Of a DNA stretch of 64,000 nucleotides, positions 37,501 to 50,870 are shown piece after piece. The notes under the pieces are model-generated. The model did not search any database. It saw only the letters and a list, made by a program, of their open reading frames with translations, and had not been told where the DNA came from. Position 1 is the first letter of the stretch. Every line of letters starts with the position of its first letter. The stretch lies in the NCBI RefSeq assembly GCF_036321535.1, contig NC_087437.1, forward strand, positions 86,740,001 to 86,804,000, read 5' to 3'. A program made the translations under genes and the position numbers. Source of the DNA: Camelus dromedarius (Eukaryota).

Positions 37501-40084
37501 GACAAGAATCTTGGAAGAGCTGTAGGGAAACGATGTAGTTCACAGAACAGCCAGGTTTCAGTTAGAGGGAGAGGATGTAGAGAACTTTTAGAGCAGAGTT
37601 AGAGCAACTCAGTGCCCTGCTGTTGACAGAGGGAGCTTTGTAAAGGGCACACTTGAAGGGTTTGGGAGGTAAGAGATTAGGGGAGATTAATGGACATAAC
37701 AGCAGAGTGTGGGAATGTGAGTTCACTCGATGATGGATGGCCGAGGTATCCTGGGCCTCTTCGAATGACTAAGGGGAATCAGAAAGTGAGGAATGACAGG
37801 ATTAACCTTGATCATTTCTTGAGAGAAGGTGGGGAAACAGTTCAAGCTGGAAAACACAGAGTTGCCACATATTTTCATTTCCTGCAGCTTTTATTTTTTG
37901 ATGAACAAAGGATGATTGAAACTTCCTCAGAGACCCGCTTCCTTAGGTGGCCCGGAGGCCGAGTCTCAGTTAGTGCCTCTCTTTTTCTGGGAGAGTAATC
38001 CTGTGGTGGGCTGGGGCATGGAGGGGGAGACGAGACATTGTGTCTTCTCTGAAGCAGCCTGGAGACGTGGCTGCTGGGAAACAAAGGGTTGAATAAATGG
38101 AAGGGTGACTGATGAAATACAGGATTGATTAATAATTAATATCTCCTGTAAGCAAACAAGCTATTTTTATGAGCTGAAGAAATGAATTTTTTTCTTCCAG
38201 TAATAAATCTCTACTTTTTGCAGCTTTAAAGTTTTAAGCTATAGAATTTCCTAAAGCTCTTAAAAATCATCTGATTATCTACCTGTTAAAAAGAAAAACT
38301 CTCAGAAATCTGTCCTTCTTCTAAGAAGAAAGAAATTCATTTTTTTCTTCCCCCCTTACTGCTAATTATAGCATCGTTTCCCATATTCATCTTCATTCTC
38401 TACCTTAATTAGTGGCGATATGCATACTGTAATTTTTCACTCAAAAATATTGAAACATAAATTAGTTTTTTCTTTGCTTCAGGTAGTTTGTTCCTATGCC
38501 AATAACAATTACAACAGATTTTAATTTTATATTATTGAAAGAAGTTTGGAATATAATTATAACAGATACTGTTAGTTGTCTCTCTAATGTTCACCTATCA
38601 GGAATGAATTTCTGGATTAGCTGGAAGTGTTTACTACAAGAAACAGAAAACTGGATCTTCAGTAGTTTCAAGAAATAGAGGTTTACTTTTTCACATGGCA
38701 AGAATTTTCTTTAAATAGTGTTCTTGAATATATAGGCTTCATAAATCAATTTTGTCAATATTTTCAAAACAATATTTGTTATTACAAATATCATATGTTC
38801 TAAATTTTCTTGTTTTCTATTGTCCCTGCTCACATACACATATAAGACAAAATATTTATACCTGAAATAGTTCTTTAAGTGAAAAAAAGGTGGTTTCCTC
38901 TTCACCATTTGGAAGTCTTTAAAAATTCTTCCAGGTGTTTTAAAACATGAAATAACAATTATTTATGTCTTAGAAGTTTTACGGCATTAATATTTCATTT
39001 TGGTGCCAATTTGGAAATACATTTCCCTTGCTATTCAGAAAGTCAGTATTTTAAAACATTATTCAAAATAGAAGTAAAAGCCATCAAGTGACTTAAAATG
39101 TTTATATATTTTGATCAGTAATACTTACTTTTAATAATTAACTGGCAGAATAAGAAAAAAAATATTTATCTACAGTAATATTGGTTATAATGTTATAGAG
39201 CCAAAAAAGAATCATTAGAAGATTGAAAGTACAAAAATGAGGAATAATTAAATCAGCTACATCTGAAAGGTTTATTTATCTTAAATGCGTTAAACCTTTA
39301 AAAGTAATCCTTCAAATGACTTAGTGAAAGCCTTGCACTTCTGGCCAAGATGGAACAACAAGGACAGGATCTATCCTCTTGCAGGAAACGACTTAGAGCT
39401 AAACACCGTTTGTGAAGAAAACCAGTTTTTAGATAATGAATGTCAGGTAACAAAGAACAGTAATTCCTGAAAGATAAAAAGCAATATAGAGGAGCCCTAC
39501 AGTTATCCCCGCCTACTACCTGGAAAGACTTCAGGTTGCAGGCAAGGAAGAGGAACCCAGGCAGAGCCCGGCAACCTTCCCCAGCTGGCAAGATGGAGTT
39601 GAGAGTCCGAGGAGACTGAGGTGGCCACAGTTCCCCAGGCAGCATACAAAAGGGGGGGAGCTGCAAAAAGACAGAGCCCAGATATCTTCAGAGACTTCCA
39701 CTGAATCCTGATGGGCACGTGTATGTGAGGAAAATACGTGAGTCTGAGGAAAGAATCATGTGAAAGAACTGGGAAGAATGAGTGTTGAAACTCAGACAGG
39801 ACTGAAAATCGCTTGTCTTAAGTCAGTCAGAGTAGAAAAGCCTTATGATTCATAAGACACCAGGTGGAGTACTCAAAAAGATATTGCCTTAGTAGCAAGA
39901 CAAAATTAGTCTTAGACTAATGACTGCTCTGATCCTATGCAATAAAAACTTAAAAAATAAAAGTCTCAAAAAGATCAAACTGTTTTCAAGAAACTTAACT
40001 TTATCTCAGAAAAAATCTAAAGAATGTTTACAGGAAATACTTGTTTATAAACATATATACTTTAGGTAAAGTCACAGTCAGAAA

Positions 40085-40234
40085 TTCAAGGCGGAGAGGG
40101 ATGAATTGAAAGTTTGAGATTACCAGATACAAACTACTATATAGAAAATAGATAAACAACAAGGTCCTACTATAGAGCACAGGGAGCTATATTCAATAAC
40201 TTGTAATAACCTATAAGGAAGAAGAATATATATG

Positions 40235-40284
<50 letters not shown>

Positions 40285-40345
40285 GAATCACTATGCTGTA
40301 CACTAGAAACTAACAATTGTAAATCAACTATAGTTCAATTTAAAA
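40085..40345 (+). mobile_element. Short cetartiodactyl-type L1 3'UTR insertion nested in the older L1
   Basis: 'agatacaaactactatatagaaaatagataaacaacaaggtcctactatagagcacaggga...tgaatcactatgctgtacactagaaactaaca'. Confidence 0.9.
40236..40281. repeat. (TA)n microsatellite, about 23 units
   Basis: Uninterrupted TA run. Confidence 0.97.
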
Positions 40346-42544
40346 GAATTACCAGGCATGAAAATAAGCAGAAAAATACAACCCATAATGAGGGATGAAA
40401 CAATAGCATTAATTGGTAGGAACGTTAAAACATTTAATATAACTATATTCAGTATATTCAAGAAGGTAAATGGAAGGTTGAGAATGGTAAACAGTAAAAC
40501 AGAAGGTGTAAAACAGACCAAATCAAAATTCTAAGGAAGAAAACTATAATGTCTGAAATAAAAAAAATGCAGTTAATACAATTTATTAGACATTTCAGAA
40601 AAAAATAATCAGTGAACTTGAAGCATGGAAATAGAACTTACCCAAAATGAAATACAGAGACAAAACAGATTGGGGAAAAAAAATGAAAATCGCCTCAGTG
40701 AGCCATGGGATGACTTCAGGCAGCCTGCCGGAAGTGTAGCTGAGTTTCTGAAGAAGAAGAGAGGCTAGCTAAGACGTTCTGTGAAGTCTAAGAACAAGAC
40801 ACGTGGAGAAAAATACACCAAAGCCTACCACACTCATACTGCTTTAAAGTTAGCTGGAGTCTTGGGGAACCATTATGTAAGAGAAAAAATAAAAAGAATG
40901 ACAGCAAACAATGCAAGAAAAAAATTCAGGACAGGAGGCGGTAGAAAAATATTTGTTAAAGTACTAAAATGAATAAATAACTATATACCCTAAAGCAACC
41001 ACTAATAGTTAAAATAAAATAATTATATGTTTCAGTTATACATATTATTAAAATAAAAATTATAACTTTTATTCACTATTGACCAGAAGAGGGAAAGAAT
41101 ATATAGAGTTAATTCCCTAAGGGTTCATTACATTTAAACTTCAGAGTCATGGCTTCTACTTTCTCAACCCTTCCACTCCCACCCTGGGCCCTGATTCAAA
41201 CTGAAGATCAACTCCCTTCATTGTATAGATGGACACACTGAAGCCCAGAAAATAGAAAGACTAGATACTCATCAATCAGTGATATTGTAGATAAAATGGC
41301 TTTTATACATTGATACAAAAGAAGGTTAGACTAGATGATCCCTAATTTCATTCCAGCAGAAAGGCTCTACAATTCTAAGATTTTGTCCAAAAGAAGCCAG
41401 CTCTTTAGAGGCAAAGCCTGGACCAGAACCCAGGTCTATTCACTCCTAGTCCAGAAGCCACTAGAGAATAAACCCTAGTTTATCTTCGCTGGTGAGCTCA
41501 CCAACAATTTGGATTTTTCAGCTCAGATCTTAAACATCTGTTAAGCACACACAGTAAAATCAAGCTCTAAAAGGAAGTTTGTCTCATCCAAGAACTCCCT
41601 GGGACAGAGTCAGCACTAACAGGACTCTCAAACCCCTTCCCCATCCACCCAGCTTCTTGGCCTGAGTCGCTAAGGAACTTTGTCTGATCTCTTCACCTCC
41701 CCTACATCGGAGTTCAGAGCTCCAAACTGGCCATAACTTGAGATCTTTTAAGCAAGGCTTTCAAACAACCTTGTACTGGATACTGACATGGAAGAAGAAG
41801 CCTACATCTTTGACACACAAAGCCACTCTGAGTTATCCTAATCCCCTGCTGAGTCTTTTTGCTTAGAAGAAACATAAACTCCTCTGACATTGACCTGGGC
41901 AAATGCTGTGTATTTGGGAAGACAGGCAAAAAGGACAAGCAGAAAACGTCTTTAAGATCATTTTCAGCTTGCTTGATTTCCACAGGCTGCTCCAGTCGGC
42001 CTGACCCCCATCTCAGGAGGAGGCACCCTTGAGACCACAGGCTGGCAAAGCAGGGGCTCCCTGGGAAGCGGTGAGCGGAAGGAACAAACTGTTCCTCTCC
42101 TTAGAACAAGACAACCTGCAAAATCACCCTTACTGGAACAAAAAGCATTAAATTACTATTTTTTTCCCTCCCATTTTCCTTTAATGTTACAGCCACTGAA
42201 CTCATACGGCTTATTGACCAGGGCACTCATTCGCCAAATAAGTGTAGGTGGAAGCTCTTAAATTGTTGTCAGATGCTGATGATTATCACTTGTAAGGGTA
42301 TCTATGTTTGTCCTAGCTATTTGTGTCTTCTCTCTCCAACTATGTTGTATGCTCTTGGGAGACTGAGGAAGACTGTATGTCTTTGTTTTACTCACAGAGA
42401 GTCTTGTTAATGTTTGAGATAGAATTGGCATTCAATACACTCATTAATCTACATATGAGAATTTTTTAAGGGTTTATAACCATTGCGAATCTTAATCTAT
42501 AAACTGAGGCATGCAAAAAAACTACTTTCTTTTCATTGAATCAA

Positions 42545-45270
42545 AGAAATAATAAGAAAACAAAGGAGATAAGATGAATTATAAAAGTTCTCCATCCTAA
42601 AGAATGCAGAAAAAGAGGAAAAGTAACAAAGAATAGGTGGGACAAACTAAAAACAAACAAAAAAAACAGTGGAAGTAAGTCCATTCTTTTCAGTAATCAC
42701 ATTAAAAACAAATGTCTAAATACCTCAATTAAAAGAGAGAAAACTGAAAAAGCAACATCCAAGTATATGTTATCTACAAGAACACCTACTTCAAAAATAA
42801 AGGTACAGTAGGTTAAAAGTAAAAGTATGGAAGATTTTATATACATAATCCAAAGAAGGTAGAAGTGACTATATTAATTATCAGACAAGACAGATTTCTG
42901 ATCAATGAAATTATTAGAGATAAAGAACAGCATTTCATAAAGATAAAATTATCTGATAATCCAGAATAATTATTTAAAATACATAAAATAGAAACTGATA
43001 GGACTGTAAAGAAAAACACATAAATACACAAGATTTCAACACCTTCTCACAACGTAATACACCTTTCAACACTCTTTTCACAATAATTGTTAGAATAAGT
43101 ACACAAAATCAGTTTAAAAGAGTTTAAAAGACTGGAAAAACCACTATCAACCAACATGACCTCTAATAATTGACAAAATGATTTTACTGACATATTCTAT
43201 GAAACACTGAATGAATGTTTTATACATCAACTCTTTTAGACAATATAAAAGGAAGGAATTCCTCCCAGTTCATTCTCTGAGACCAGCATACTCAATAACA
43301 AAACCAGCCAAACACATTACAAGGGAAGAGAACTGCAGAAAAATATTTCTCATAAACATAGAGGCAAATATTCTTAAAAAAAAAAGCAAATCAAATGGGA
43401 CATTATATAATGATCATGATTCATTATCATTTAGAGTTCATCCCGACTGTGCGTTTATCTGAGAGTCAATGTAATTCGTGACATTGACAGACTTTGTAAT
43501 GTAAATCATATGATCATCTCCACAGTTATAGAAGAAGCATCCGAGAAATCCAAAATCCATTACTGATTAAAACTCTCAGCAAATCAGGAGAAGGGAAATT
43601 CCTCGATTTGATAAGGAACCAGTGAAAAATCTGCAGTTAACTTTATACCTATCAGCTGAAGACTGAATATTTTCCCCAGGACATAGAAAAAAAAAAGAAA
43701 GATGTCTATTCTCATTACTTCTATTTGAAACTACTCTGGAGTTTTTAGTCAGCTGAGTGAGGAAAGAAAAAGAAAAGATATCGAGATAGGAAAAAAAGAA
43801 ATAAAACTGTCTTCACTCATAATTGTATGGCAAAAAACTACTAGAATTACTAAGTGAATTTAGAAAAGTTTGCAGGACACAATTAAAAAATCAGTTGTAA
43901 TTTTTGTGTGGTAACAACAATTAGAAATAAAAATTACAAATACATTACCATTTACACTAGCAAGAAAATATTAAATACTTAGCAATAAATTTGATGAAAA
44001 ATGTGCAAGACCTTTACTTTGAAAATGGCAAAACATTGCTGATATAAATTATATTATATATGACTTAATAGTGTGGGAAGTACAAGCTATCAGGTGTAAG
44101 ATAAGATCAAGGATGTATTGTAAAGCATGGGGAATATAGCCAATATTTTGTAATAACTGTAAATGGAAAGTAACCTTTAAATTTTTAGAACAAATTTTAA
44201 AATAAAACATATGATTTAAAGGAATGGAGATATATACATTGTCCATGTATTGGATAACTATTGTTAGATGTCAGTTTTCTCCATATAGATATATAGATTC
44301 AATGCAATCTCAGTGAAAATCCTAACAGACTTATTTTGAGATTGACAAGCTGATTCCAAAATTCATATGTAAAGTTAAGAGAGCTAGAAGAGCCAAATAA
44401 TATCGAAAAAGAAAAACAAATTTGGAAGATTTACACTACTCAAGTTCTAGACTTAATACAAAGCTACAATAATCAAGGCATCATGGTTTTGGTTTCTAGA
44501 TAGACATATAAGTTAATGAAAGAGAATGAAGCGTTCATAAGTAGACTCACAGATATGGTCAGTTGATTTCAACAAAAGTATAAAGGCAAATCAATGGATA
44601 AAGGATAGTCATGTTCAACAATAAATTTCAAAAAAATTTATAAAGGTTGGACTTCATCAAAATTAAGAATTTCTGCTCTTCCAAAGACATGGTTAAAATA
44701 ATAAGGCAAGACATACTATGGTAGAAGATATTTTCATTATATATCTGATAATGAATTTGTATTCAGAATATATTATTAACTAACCAAATTCAGTAATAAG
44801 AAAATGTAATAAAAATACAGAGAACACTTGAATGAACACTTCCAAAAGAGATAAATGGATGGCAAATGAACATGAAAAGAAAGATGTTCAACATTATTAA
44901 TTGTCAGGGAAAGGAAAGCTATTATGAAATACTATATTACATACCTGTTAAAATGTCAAAAATTTTAAGGCCACACAGTAATGGGTTTATAGTATATGAT
45001 TCCACTTATACAAAAATTATGAGAAAAGCAAATTACTTACAGTCGCAGAAAGCCTATCAGTAATTTGAGAATGCTGGGGGCATGACATTTGGACTGGGGC
45101 GCAAGAGGACAAAGGAGCATGAGAAAAACTTGGTGATGACAGGTATGTCATATCTTCACTGTATTCATGGTTTTGCAGTTATATGATGTATCAAAACTCA
45201 TCAAAGTATACACTTTAAATATTTGCAGTTTATTGTGTGTAAATTACACATCCTTAAATCTGTAAAAGGA
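42545..45270 (+). mobile_element. Old LINE-1, 3' part: inter-ORF region, deleted ORF2 remnants and 3'UTR
   Basis: Endonuclease-start remnant 'tcagtaatcacattaaaaacaaatgtctaaatacctcaattaaaaga', RT remnants at 43250-43800, 'gattcaatgcaatctcagtgaaaatc', and a 3' end 'cactttaaatatttgcagtttattgtgtgtaaatta'. Confidence 0.88.
44065..44205 (+). mobile_element. Short younger L1 3'-tail insertion nested in the older L1
   Basis: 'gtacaagctatcaggtgtaagataagatcaaggatgtattgtaaagcatggggaatatagccaatattttgtaataactgtaaatgga'. Confidence 0.8.
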
Positions 45271-46344
45271 AAAGAACCTTAATGTTTTACACTAATGTGT
45301 AGTGAATATAATATGATACAAATTTCTTTAGGCTATACTAGAAGCAAGTATTCTAAAACATTAACTCAACCTGATAATAATTTTTTTTTAAAGTTTGTTC
45401 TGCCTATGAAAGTATTATGTAAATGTTATAAAATGAGAACCTTTAGAATCAAAACAAACATACTATGAAAAAGGACCCTTAAGTCTCATCAGCAGCTTTA
45501 GTAAATGATTGTTCTCCTCCACCTTAAGTCATGCTTTCCTTCGTTGGGAGGAATCTAGGGATCTTGGTGTTTTTTTTTTTTTTTTTCTCCAATCTTCCAC
45601 AGTTACTCTTGACTCTGTACAATTCATTGTCTACTTTTCTATCCCTTCCAAGAACAGAAGCTGGAAAATTCTGCTAGAAACCCACACGGCCGTTGAAGTG
45701 GTAATTGACATAAGACAGCATGGCTATGGAAAGTGAGACAGCAGGCAGAAGAGTACTATAATGAATGCTCATAAGAGAGAAACTGAATTTAAAAGACTGT
45801 TTAAAAGTCATTAATCTGTATTTGTCAATAATGATTACAAATACATTGCTTGGCCTTGTGAAGAAATAAGAATCAAAATATCTGCAAGACTCATTCCCAG
45901 CAGAGTGCCAGATAAATGAGGAATTGCTCTAACATAACTACCCAATTTAGGAAACTGAAGTGTTGGCTTTAACTCTCAAATACATTTTGAATGATGCTCA
46001 TTCTAAATTCACTTCTTTCCTACTTTAAGAGAAAGACACTGTTCAAATTAAGGAAATGAGAACTGGAAAGCAGTTTATTTTGCATTTTTTACTTATTTTC
46101 AGAAATTTTATTCGGTTTAATAAAGATGAAAAGTTTGTCCTTTTGAAATGGTTATTATCATCAAAGTTTTTACAAATCTTGTGTGGGGAATTCCAATGGA
46201 CAAATTATTCCAAAAGAACCTGTTGAGTACTAAAGAAAAAGTATAGATATATTTATACTAAAAGAATATTTGAGGTCAAGTCAAAGTTGATGAAGAAAAT
46301 TAACAGAAGAGTAGATAGAATATAAACATGGCCACATAATATAC

Positions 46345-46450
46345 ACAAGTTCCTCAAGATAAGGACAACTCCTATTCATCAGTGTAGTCACAGAATAGTG
46401 ATGCCTGGTCCATGATGAATTCACTCAAGATGGTGCTAAATAAAGTGAAT
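46345..46450 (+). mobile_element. L2 3' end fragment
   Basis: 'aagttcctcaagataaggac...agaatagtgatgcctggtccat...cactcaa'. Confidence 0.5.
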
Positions 46451-47399
46451 TAAAAAATACTATATTGATTTTCATTTCAATTTTACTTAATTACTAAAAT
46501 CACTTAGTATTTTTACCTGAGTTAATTATAGCCCTTAACGAAGGTAACCATCCAAGTAAATTTAAAAAGAAAAAAAAATTCCTTCCAGTAGAATTTACAG
46601 AGCAAAGAGTAAATGATTAGCATAGCAGGTGCAACCTTCAGGTCAGAAAGATTTTATAGGCAAAACCCTCAGCGGGAATTCAAAAAAAATACAGTATATA
46701 GTTCTGTTGGCTTTGCTAATCCAAGGTCCAACATTGTCTTCTCAAAGGGAAATAGAAATTGTAACTTATTCTGAGTGAGAACACACAAAATTGCATGATT
46801 GATTAAAAGCTGTCTGCACCTTCTCCTTTTCAAATAAGTAACACAAAGAAATGAAAGCTTCCCTCATTCTCTGATCTCATCACTCTAAAGACCTCCCTTT
46901 CTGGGAATGAAACTCCCTTGAAAAATCTACCTAAGGCATATGATGGGATCTTGACCTAGAATCACATGCAAAATTTCAAGAAGACTTACTAAAACCACCA
47001 GAAGTCAAAAAAGAAAACCTTCAGAAAATCAACAAAAGAAAAGAAACATGGAATGGCAAATCCTGTCTTACTGTCCAGATGCAAAGTTTCTTTTTCAAAA
47101 ACTTTTAGTCCTTTCCACGGTTTAATTTTTTTCTCTTAAACAGATAGTGTATATTCTTGAAAATTTGCAGAACAAGTTTCTATAAGGTTTTGAGGTTTAC
47201 ATAAAAATCCAATTGCATTATGAGTGCATTATGCAGAGACAGGCTCATCTAGATCAACATCAAAATCTAGTCAGGCGGGTTGGAGCTATGTATATCTGGT
47301 CCAATAGCTAGCCAACTCTACAATCCAGCTTTACCATAAGACCTTAAGCTCACTTTTTCTTGCATATATTCCCATTCATTTTAATATTAAAATGATTTA

Positions 47400-49290
47400 T
47401 CTCTAGGTTCTGTTTTAGGCAATGGTCTTTAGGAAATCTCATATCTAACTGATCCTTCTCCAGGTGACAAGTATAAACCATTTAAAAAATAATCAAAAAC
47501 AGTGAAGAGCAACCATAAGCTGACGCAAAGGAAATAGATAGTTTAGAATAGGGAATTCAGTAGGTGGCTTTATTCTTTATGTATGTATGTGTGTGCCTAT
47601 GTATTTATTTAACAACTTTTGCTAAGGAGAGGCTCATCAGTGTCAAAACTCAAATGCTTTAGTTTGAAGTAAACACAACCACTGGCAAATGAGAGACAAT
47701 CCCAGAGATAAGAGAACAGAGACCGAGAGTCTCCATTCTCCTATAAACTCTGTGAACAATTCTGATTTGTCCCCTGACCTACACATTCACAGAACAAACT
47801 CTAAACAGCTCAGGCAAAGCTAAAAAGACTGAATTGAGGTTTTGATATGTGCCCAAGAGATGGAATTGTAAACTTGATTCCAGCTAACTTAAATGTCTCA
47901 TAAAACAATCCACCTGGGGAAAGTACAGTGGAATCCACAACAGTGTGCATGATGCAATCCCAAATTATTTGACATATGAAGAAATAAAAAAGTGACCCAT
48001 TCTCAAAGAAAATGTAATAAATATAAATGTATCTTGATAATGAATCAACAATTAGAATTAGCCAATAAAGGGCATGAAAAACATAAGCTTATAATAATGA
48101 AAACGTGGAAAATCTCAGCAAACAAACAATTAAAAAATAAAAAATTCTAGAACTGAAAAGTACAATATATGAAAAATAATTCACTGAGTGCACTTAATAG
48201 ACAAATAGAATAGCAAAGAAAAGAGTTAGGAAACTTAAATATAAGACAATGGGATTTAATCAACATAAAAACATGGAAAGAAAAAGATTAAAAAATTGAT
48301 AGAGCCTTAAGACCTGTGAGACAATATTGAAAGTCCTATCAAATAAGAGGAAAGAGATAGTTGGTAATAAAATTTAAATGTTTAAAGAAATAATGGCTGA
48401 ATAGATCTTAAATGTGGTAAAGTACTACATTTACAAATGCAAAAAGTTCAATGAAACCCAAGTAGGATAACAATTATGCATAAGAATAATCAAACTGACA
48501 AAATGAAACATAAGAATATTTATAAAGCAACCATAAAAAAGATGTTATATATAGCTATGCAAAAATCCAAATGATCATTGACCTCACCAAAAATAATAGA
48601 GGCAAGAAGACAATGAAATAATATCTTTACAGAGTTAAAGAAACAAAATCTGTTAACCTGGATATGACATCCAGGAAAATAACATTCCAGAATAAAGGCG
48701 AACTAAATATATTTTTAGACTGGAAAAAAAAATGAAGAGAATTCACTAGAATTCAATATTTAATCCTAACAAACCTATACTACAAAAAATGCTAAAGGAG
48801 TTTCGTCAGATTATAAGGGTGGGCCCTTGTATTTTTCAGGGATAAATGAAAAGCATTGGACATGGTAATTTATTTTAAATGAATTGGATGAATTAAACAC
48901 TGTAACATTATCTTTAGAAAATATGTGATATAATTCATATGGAAACTCTACCACAAAGAGAAAGGGGATGGGTAACAGACCTATATAATTACAAGTGTTA
49001 AAACATTATATGGAGGTAAACCAGTGAAATGTTAAGAATGCACACTGTAAAGTTAAAGGAACGCTAGATAGTAATGCAGAAAGGTTTAGCTAAAAAAGCC
49101 ATTTGATAAACTAAAACACAACTCTAAAAACTATTAAAATAATTCAAATGAAAGCAGGAAAGGAGAAAGTGAGGAAGAGAACAGTAAAGGTAGCAGATAA
49201 CAAGTAGTAGAACAGTCACCTTAGATCCAAACATCAAGAGTTACAGTGACACCCACATTAAAAGTCAGAGGTTGGTAGAATGTATGTAAA
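47400..49290 (+). mobile_element. Very old LINE-1 (L1ME/L1MD-like) 5'UTR, ORF1 and inter-ORF remnant
   Basis: 'aaattctagaactgaaaagtacaata', 'gagccttaagacctgtgagacaata', 'gtttaaagaaataatggctgaa', 'tacaaaaaatgctaaaggagtt'. Confidence 0.8.
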
Positions 49291-50689
49291 AGAAAGGTTT
49301 TCCCTGTAAAAGTCTTTCAACACTGGTGTATGCTTATTTTTTTTAATAACATGTGTGAGAAGTGTTTTGTCTTATTCACCATCTAATAATTTAGACCCTT
49401 TGACATCCAGTAGTTTATAATTTCTTTTCTCCGTCGTGTATCTCTGACTACTCCCCAGAGATATACAACCCAGACTGAGAAGTATATAATTGTTTGTTTT
49501 AGTTTTAGTTATCTCCAAAACTAGACAAATTATCACTTTGATGCATAAAATTACAGATTGATTTTTAAGCTTTAGTAATAGCCACCCAGAACAAGAAAAT
49601 TCTGATTATCAAGAACTAGGTTGATTCACAATAATGTAAATTCAGTTCTAGGTGATTATTCCTCAAGAGATGATACCCATGGACAACAACGCTTAGTTTT
49701 AAGGAAGTATTAGTATTCCATACAAATGTATGAATTTCAGGACACGTCTATTCATGTATTTCCTATTTGTTTTAATGATCATCTTTCTTTTCAAAGATTT
49801 CATATATTTGAAAAGGTCATGTCTTTTTGTTTCTACTGTAAATTTTTTGTGGCTAGCGGAAGACCAGAATGCCATCACTTCAGCCCCCCAGAAGCTCTTG
49901 TTATTCCTCTGTTTCATGACAGAAAAACTATTCTGAGTCTGTGTGGACCTGTCCACTCTCTCTCCCAGTTCAGCTAAAGAATGTTCAATGTTTTGAACAG
50001 TAAAACTACGTTCTTTCAGAATTGTACTCACATCCTTTTATTGCCAGCATTTATGGTTTATTTGCAGGCATTCATTTCGACATTTCAAATATTGTAGCTC
50101 CTCCTCAGATACATGCACATTGAAAGAGGAAAAATTGTCCATGCATTCGTTTCCAGTTTGCATTCCTTTCCTCCTCCCTACCCTCTTGCTTCTATTCATC
50201 TTGGAATAGAAGCAGCCTTCAGCAGTCACATCCCCTGAAAAACATGTCTTTATCAGGGTTAATCAAGGAACCAGATTAAAACTTGTTCTTATCAGCAGTT
50301 ACAGAAGAAATGCATAAGGAGATAATTATTATCCTGATGAAAATGAAAATAATATAGTAAAGTAATAAATGCTTTATAAAAAAGATTATTCAACTCTAAT
50401 CCTGGTCATTTGCAACTCATATTCTTTTAGTCCTGTCTTTCACAAGACTGCTTTCTTTGTAAGCATTGGAGAATTATTGATCATCTAACTCCTCCCAACC
50501 TTTGTGGAGATACTTCAGTTAAGATGTGGTGCCAGAATGGCGGCTTGGCCATTTCCTGACATACTATAGGTATTTCAGGCTATTGGCAAGCATATTGAAA
50601 TAAAAGAATCTTAACTCAACAAGGCACAATTCAATGATTAGTAATTCATATTACTCTCTATGCCTCTTCTTAGCACAGTAAGTTCTGTT

Positions 50690-50870
50690 AATATGCCTAT
50701 TTTGAGGACTTGCCCAAAGCCAAATTCTGTTCAAATGCTAAGAATGCAAATCTGTATAAGATGAAGTCTTTGACTTCAAGGAAATCAATATCCACTGGGA
50801 ATCTGTAAGTTGTGATGAGTGAAATAAAGTATTAATGAAGCAAAAACATAGCACAGAGGAGGAAGTTCAG
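50690..50870 (-). mobile_element. L2 3' end fragment
   Basis: 'tattttgaggactt...ctgttcaaatgctaagaatgcaaa...tgacttcaaggaaatca'. Confidence 0.5.

Larger units (their letters stand above)
39335..41005 (+). mobile_element. Old LINE-1 (L1MC/L1MD-like), 5' part: 5'UTR, ORF1 remnants and start of the inter-ORF region
   Basis: Starts 'cacttctggccaagatggaacaac'. ORF1 remnant 'atcagtgaacttgaag...cccaaaatgaaatacagaga...cagtgagccatgggatgacttcaggcagcct'. Ends 'taccctaaagcaaccactaa'. Confidence 0.8.

Noticed and set aside
49699..50031. 110-aa minus-strand ORF
   Set aside because: It has a GTG start that coincides with the splice-donor-like site and no recognisable domain. It is probably intronic or non-coding.
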